A stretch of 64,000 nucleotides of DNA from an uncultured delta proteobacterium (GTDB lineage Bacteria > Desulfobacterota > Binatia > Binatales > Binataceae): assembly GCA_963794325.1 (NCBI GenBank), contig CAWCDG010000004.1, positions 1,440,001 to 1,504,000 of the forward strand, written 5' to 3'. How positions within the stretch are numbered: the first letter of the stretch is position 1; every line of letters starts with the position of its first letter. The position numbers and the translations under genes were made by a program. Below the pieces are notes generated by a model. That model saw only the letters and a list, made by a program, of their open reading frames with translations. It ran no database searches and had not been told where the DNA came from. This document shows positions 59,142 through 64,000 of this stretch, in pieces.

Positions 59142-60350
59142 CTACATCAATCCGGGCGGCAAGCCGTAAGGTCCCATGCCTCCGCCGCCACCGCTGTGAG
59201 ATTTCTTGGTGGTGACGTCGAACTTGCCGAAGATTCCCTCGCTCTCCATGTGCGGGCCCGCGGTGAAATACAGCGAAGTAATTGCCGCATTGTTCGAGCC
59301 GTTGCCGAAGACCAGCGCCCACAGTCCGTCCACATTCAACGGCTTGCCTTTGTTGTTTTTGGGCTGGCCGACCTGAGTGCCTACGCCGGTGGCTGCATTG
59401 ATGGTATACGCGTTGATGTTTCCGTCGCCGAAGTTTCCGATCCAGAAGTCGCCGCCCAGCGGACCGAAGGTCGACGGCGTCAGCACCATCCCCCACGGCG
59501 CGTTGAGGTTGCCGCCGGTCGCGAAACGAGCCTCGAATACGCCGTCGGTGCTGAAGATATCGATATAACCGGCGCCCACCTGATGCACCGGGTCGTGTTT
59601 GGCAGCGTCCTGCAGCGCGTAGCTGACCCACAAATTGCTGGTGCCGAACAGTGTGATTCCGAAGGGCGCATAGCCGGCCAGCGGGTTCGGGTCGGTGAAG
59701 GACCCGCTTAGCGAGGTTACCGGGTTGTAGGAGCTATCGAAGACGTCGACGTTACCCGATCGGAAATTGGTCGCGTAAAGAAACTGACGTCCGTTCAGCG
59801 TGGCGACGGCGAGGCCTTTGTAAACCGCGCCGTTGCCGGAAGAGGGCACCGAAGAGTTATCCACGTGGAGCACGGCTCCGGTGCCATCGGACTGTTGCCA
59901 TCCTGAAATCGTGCCATCCTCGGTGGCAAATATAAAAAGGTCGCCGCCAAAATCTCCCGAGACACCGTTGAATACGATCCCATCCGGCGTTGCTTGCGCG
60001 TTGCTGCCGTTAGGCGGTGGAATCGTCACGACGAAAGGCACCTTCTTGTTGCCGACCTGGACCGTAAAAGGCTTTCCGTTGCCGTCGTAGAGAGTAGATA
60101 CTCCCGCGTTGTTGTCCGAAATCCAGAACGGCGTCGGACCCTGCACCAAGCCCCAGGCATTGAGCAGATTCTTGTCGCGGATCTTGCCCTTCAAAGGCTT
60201 CCCCGACGTGACGAGGTTGCTTTGCGAGTAAGATGCCGTCTTGGTCTTGGTGTTGTTGTCCGGCGTCGACGGCATCTGGGCGAATGCGCTCGCGGTCGCG
60301 GCGAGCATGATAACGCACGCGCTCAACGCTGTTAGTGATTTGCGGTTCAT
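59142..60350 (-). CDS. TIGR03118-like exported beta-propeller protein
   Basis: YSQSNLV, LLNAWGL, FIFATEDGTISGW, AVYKGLA, LNAPWG, GNFGDG, GLWALVFG, LYFTAGP. Confidence 0.85.
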   Translation of the reverse strand: MNRKSLTALSACVIMLAATASAFAQMPSTPDNNTKTKTASYSQSNLVTSGKPLKGKIRDKNLLNAWGLVQGPTPFWISDNNAGVSTLYDGNGKPFTVQVGNKKVPFVVTIPPPNGSNAQATPDGIVFNGVSGDFGGDLFIFATEDGTISGWQQSDGTGAVLHVDNSSVPSSGNGAVYKGLAVATLNGRQFLYATNFRSGNVDVFDSSYNPVTSLSGSFTDPNPLAGYAPFGITLFGTSNLWVSYALQDAAKHDPVHQVGAGYIDIFSTDGVFEARFATGGNLNAPWGMVLTPSTFGPLGGDFWIGNFGDGNINAYTINAATGVGTQVGQPKNNKGKPLNVDGLWALVFGNGSNNAAITSLYFTAGPHMESEGIFGKFDVTTKKSHSGGGGGMGPYGLPPGLM

Positions 60351-60589
60351 CGTTTCCTCCATATGAAAAGCCAGCGAGACAAATTGTCTGGCTTACGGGT
60401 CTAAACCGGCGATGAACTCCGATGGTTCCCGCACGCGCGCGGGAAATTGGGCAGGGCTTGAAAAATTCTTTATTGACTCTCGCGAGCCACTAACCGAACG
60501 TCACTCGTCGGCGGGAGGGACCTGTCTTCCCGCGTGACAACGGAGCGCGTCTTAAACACTGCGCCGCCGTCGCCACGGCTGCTGACTGG

Positions 60590-61021
60590 CTATTTACAGT
60601 TCACGCTCTTGATTACGTTGGCGCCGCCGAGGAAACGCTCGTTGTGATTGAGCACGACGTCGCATCGGCTGACGCTCTCTGGCAATCGCCGTGAGATCTG
60701 CGCAGTTGTGTTCGCATAGTTGCACTGAATCCAGTAGCCGCGATCGCTCTTCTGCAATTGCCAGACCTGGATAATATTGTCGCCGCTGGTCTTCTCGCTG
60801 TCGGGCACCAGCGACGCCTGCTGCGCCGGCGGTCCGTCGAAAATAGTGACGCCCGCAACCGCTGTCTCGTAGCCGGAGTATGAAACCGCCCAATCGGGCG
60901 CGGGTGCGGACGCTCTCTGTTCGACTGCCACAGTTGCCGGGCAAGCGGACTCGGCCTGCGCGAAATACGCGGGCGCAATCGCGCACGCGAACACGATCAA
61001 AATAAATGTCTGTCGCTTCAT
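60590..61021 (-). CDS. Small exported Cys-containing protein (STY0301-like)
   Basis: Signal peptide; CP, FDGPP..QASLVPD, YWIQCNY; RBS AGGAGG. Confidence 0.7.
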   Translation of the reverse strand: MKRQTFILIVFACAIAPAYFAQAESACPATVAVEQRASAPAPDWAVSYSGYETAVAGVTIFDGPPAQQASLVPDSEKTSGDNIIQVWQLQKSDRGYWIQCNYANTTAQISRRLPESVSRCDVVLNHNERFLGGANVIKSVNCK

Positions 61022-61509
61022 CTCGTTCCTCCTCACAACCGGTGCGAGTCTAGAATGCTTCGCGGGGAAAAACGAGCGCGGGGCGGAGTCGCGATTCATT
61101 TCGCGCTTCCGCCCCGCGTATCGGCGATATGCTTCGGCGGCGTTGCTGCCGCGGGCGTGGGTCGATCGGGTTACCGCTCGACGCTCGGTCTTTTGGAATA
61201 TGGTCTCGCGGGCCGCGCGATTATCACAACCGCGATAGCCAGTCCTGCCAACAATGATAAAACTTCCATCTTACTAACTCACTTGCGCGTGCGGACCCTT
61301 TCGATCGATTTCCAACAGCGCGCGATTTTAAGGTCGATTGTCCTTTTTCACCGGCTCATCGAACCGCACTTGCCAGCCGCCGTGCGTTCGTGCCGCGACG
61401 CGCGCATCTGTCTGTGAAGTGACTGAGGAACGCTGCGGGAAGCCGATACGAAGTCGATGTGAATCGTTTCGAACCGGTTTCTTCCCGTGCGTGGTATGCG
61501 ACGCGTTGC

Positions 61510-61683
61510 TTACAGGCTCACGAACGAGAGAACGATGTACGCCAGGGTCAGGAATGCGAACGCGACACCGGGCAATTCGCTGAGCAAACTGTTCTGCGCG
61601 ATACGGTCCGCGGCGACAGTCTCGGTCTGCTCCTTCACCTGCTGAAAGCCTGCGAGGGTTTGATTAATCGTGGTAGCAGCCAT
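61510..61683 (-). CDS. Small hypothetical protein (57 aa) with a C-terminal TM helix
   Basis: RBS GGGAGGT before ATG; MAATTINQ...GVAFAFLTLAYIVLSFVSL. Confidence 0.65.
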   Translation of the reverse strand: MAATTINQTLAGFQQVKEQTETVAADRIAQNSLLSELPGVAFAFLTLAYIVLSFVSL

Positions 61684-61920
61684 TTTCGTTACCTCCCGTT
61701 CCAGATCGTTGACAGGGGTAGAGCAAGGCCGATGCCAATGACCGAATGCTTTGTTTTGTTCAACTATTTTCGATAGGCGCAGTCTGCTCGTTTGCGTTTC
61801 GCAAAAGATCGGCCTTTTGTCGCGAAAACTCCGCGATTTGCGCAGAGTCACTCGAAGCAGCCGAGCGACTGCATGCAGCAGATTCATGCCGTCGCGCTCG
61901 AGCGGATTGTTGCGCGTGCG

Positions 61921-63411
61921 TTACGGACGTCGCGGCATCTCGATGGCTCCCACGGCATACGCGACGGCCGCCGACGAGGTCAGCAAGTCGGCGCGGCTCT
62001 GGACGATCGTGTAGCGCGCGTTGGCGAGATCGCGATCGGCGGTCAGCAACTCGACGATGGTGCTGAGGCCCTGGCGGTAGGTGTCGAGGTTGGCGTCGTA
62101 GCTCTCCTGTGATGCGGCCAGCAGAGCCTTGGCATAGGTGTAGCGGCTGAGCGCGGTCTGGAACTCATAGTATGCGCGCCACACCGAGCTGATCGCGTCG
62201 ACCTCGAGCGAACGGAGCTGCGCGCTGGCAGCGTCGCGATCGGCCTCGGCCTGGCGGACGTCGTTGAGGCGTTTGAAACCGGTGAAGATGTCCCAGTTTA
62301 TCGACAGCAACGCGGCGTATTGCGGCTGGTTGTCGGTGACGGTGTGCGTGCCGTCAATCCGGTAGTTCCAGGACTGCTCGCCGTAGCTGCCCATCACGCC
62401 GATGATGGGATAGAAAGCGTCCTTCCTTTGTTCGACTAAGGCGCGGCGCGCATCGAGAGTCGCGACCTGCGCTGCGAGATCGGGACGGCTGCGCACCGCG
62501 GTTTCGATCAATTGATCAACCTCGCTGCCCAAGCCGGCGGGAATCGGGATGCTGTCGAGGGTCGGCACGTCGAGCGCGGTGTTGGCGGCGACGCCCAACG
62601 CGACGGCCATGCTCGCCTGCGCTTCGCGCACCAGCAGGCGCGCGCTCGCGAGATCGTACTGCGACTGCGCGACGCGCTGGCGCGAGAGCAGCAACTCGGG
62701 CTGAGTTGCTAATCCGAGATCGACACGCCGGCTGACCGCCTCGTCATCGGTCTTCGCGAGTTCGACGTTCTGTTCCGCGGCCTGCACGGCGGCCTTCGCG
62801 GCGCCGATCGAATAGAACGAGCGCTGCGTCGCGAAGACGACGTCCTGCAACTTGCGATTGAACGAGAAGTTCGCGGCAGCCAACTGGTCGCGCGCGGCGG
62901 CGGCTCCGGCGCTGCGGCGGCCGAAGTCGATCAGCGTGTAAGTGAACTCTAGCGTCGGGGTTATCTGCCATTGCTTGAGCACCGCATTCTGGCCGGGCAA
63001 CTCGTACAGTTCGCGCTCGTAGCCACCTGGAACTTTCGCGTCCACGACCGGATAGAACGGCGCGCGCGAGGCTCCGTACGACGCAGCCGCGGCGCGAGCT
63101 TGCTCCCACGTCTGGCGGGTGTCGGGATTGTTGCTCAGCGCGATGTCGATCAGCGCGGACAGGTCGTACTGATTCCCGGCCGCGGTGGCGTGCGGCTCAG
63201 GCAGCGTGCTCGCCGGCCGCGCCTGCATCGGTATCGCATATTCGCTCGACTTGGGAATCCACGCGCGATCGGATTCCGCCGGCGCGAATTTGTCGGGATA
63301 CACTTCGGGCTGCTCGGCAAAGTAGGAGCAACCGCCCGCGCACACCGCGAGGCCGAGTGTCGCTACGATAACCTGCCGTCGCGCGCGACTTATTTCGAAA
63401 TTCTTCTTCAT
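61921..63411 (-). CDS. TolC-family outer-membrane efflux lipoprotein
   Basis: Lipobox-like AGGC; ALSNNPDT, LIDFGRR, WDIFTGF, YRQGLSTIVELL; start uncertain. Confidence 0.88.
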   Translation of the reverse strand: MKKNFEISRARRQVIVATLGLAVCAGGCSYFAEQPEVYPDKFAPAESDRAWIPKSSEYAIPMQARPASTLPEPHATAAGNQYDLSALIDIALSNNPDTRQTWEQARAAAASYGASRAPFYPVVDAKVPGGYERELYELPGQNAVLKQWQITPTLEFTYTLIDFGRRSAGAAAARDQLAAANFSFNRKLQDVVFATQRSFYSIGAAKAAVQAAEQNVELAKTDDEAVSRRVDLGLATQPELLLSRQRVAQSQYDLASARLLVREAQASMAVALGVAANTALDVPTLDSIPIPAGLGSEVDQLIETAVRSRPDLAAQVATLDARRALVEQRKDAFYPIIGVMGSYGEQSWNYRIDGTHTVTDNQPQYAALLSINWDIFTGFKRLNDVRQAEADRDAASAQLRSLEVDAISSVWRAYYEFQTALSRYTYAKALLAASQESYDANLDTYRQGLSTIVELLTADRDLANARYTIVQSRADLLTSSAAVAYAVGAIEMPRRP

Positions 63412-63504
63412 ATAGAATTCCCCACTGCTGCCGTTGAATCCGCTCCGCGCCATTGAATCCTGCAACGTGCTTTTGCACAATCCGGCGCGTACAATCTTCG
63501 ACGC

Positions 63505-63780
63505 ATGCAATCCAGCTCAACGCCCGGAATCAGACTCTCGCTACCACTAGCCGCCGCAGTCTCGATCGCCGGATGCGATCCCGTCGTCAATATCGCGGGC
63601 GCCAATTTCCCGAGTTGGCTGTTCTGCGCAATCTGCGGCGCGATCCTGATGATCGCGATTCGCCCGATCTTTGTGGTCACTCGCGTCGAGGCCTACCTGT
63701 GGCCGCTGCCGGTCGTGTATCTCAGCCTCGCGATCCTCATGGGATGCATCGTGTGGCTTGTCTTCTTCAATAGAATCTGA
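63505..63780 (+). CDS. YtcA-family membrane lipoprotein
   Basis: IAGCDPVVNIAGANFPSWL motif and two TM helices; stop overlaps the next start. Confidence 0.8.
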   Translation: MQSSSTPGIRLSLPLAAAVSIAGCDPVVNIAGANFPSWLFCAICGAILMIAIRPIFVVTRVEAYLWPLPVVYLSLAILMGCIVWLVFFNRI

Positions 63781-64000
63781 TGAACACCGCGACCAGGATC
63801 GAGACCGAATCATCGATGCCACTGCGCTTCGCCGGCCGCGTGCTGAGCGCCGCGATCATAATCGCCACCATCGTCGTCGGGCTCTACGTCGCACGCCTCT
63901 ACTACCTGTATCCGCGCACCGACGACGCTTACGTTCGCGCCAACTCGGTCGGAATCGCGCCTCACGTGAGCGGGCCGATTACCGAACTGCCGATCGTCGA
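63780..64000 (+). CDS. HlyD/MdtN-family membrane fusion protein, truncated by the window end
   Basis: TM helix then PRTDDAYVRAN..IAPHVSGPI. Confidence 0.85.
   Translation, partial: MNTATRIETESSMPLRFAGRVLSAAIIIATIVVGLYVARLYYLYPRTDDAYVRANSVGIAPHVSGPITELPIV

Noticed and set aside
60395-60432. TGAACT or ECF-type promoter upstream of the TIGR03118-like gene
   Set aside because: Single hexamer with no periodic array; spacing does not fit an ECF promoter

Overview
A GC-rich bacterial chromosomal window. The gene repertoire (AAA+TPR regulators, DUF1329 paralogs, LLM oxidoreductase, Flp pilin, TIGR03118) suggests a soil/subsurface Binatota- or Deltaproteobacteria-like organism; this is inference. 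It has three parts. (1) 1-24 kb is accessory DNA downstream of a tRNA-Thr(CGT) gene. It includes an integrase-less island (15017-24038) bounded by a degenerate copy of the tRNA 3' end. It also includes an uncharacterised putative isoprenoid-modifying cluster: polyprenyl synthase, carotene-desaturase-like flavoprotein, tandem acetoacetate-decarboxylase-fold protein, HpnA-like SDR and an AAA-TPR regulator. An orphan Flp pilin and a monooxygenase relic sit inside that cluster. (2) 24-50 kb holds metabolic, envelope and transport genes whose intergenic spaces carry at least three nested palindromic repeat/MITE families, a candidate sRNA and a candidate structured 5' leader. (3) 50-64 kb holds secreted and redox proteins and an efflux module. 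It includes a second copy of an amicyanin-loop cupredoxin that shares a TGAACT direct-repeat upstream region with the copy in the island; each copy lies beside a different winged-helix-type regulator. Four apparent single-base frameshifts may be assembly errors. I found no rRNA, CRISPR array, integrase or transposase. All family calls come from motif recognition by eye; no database searches were run.
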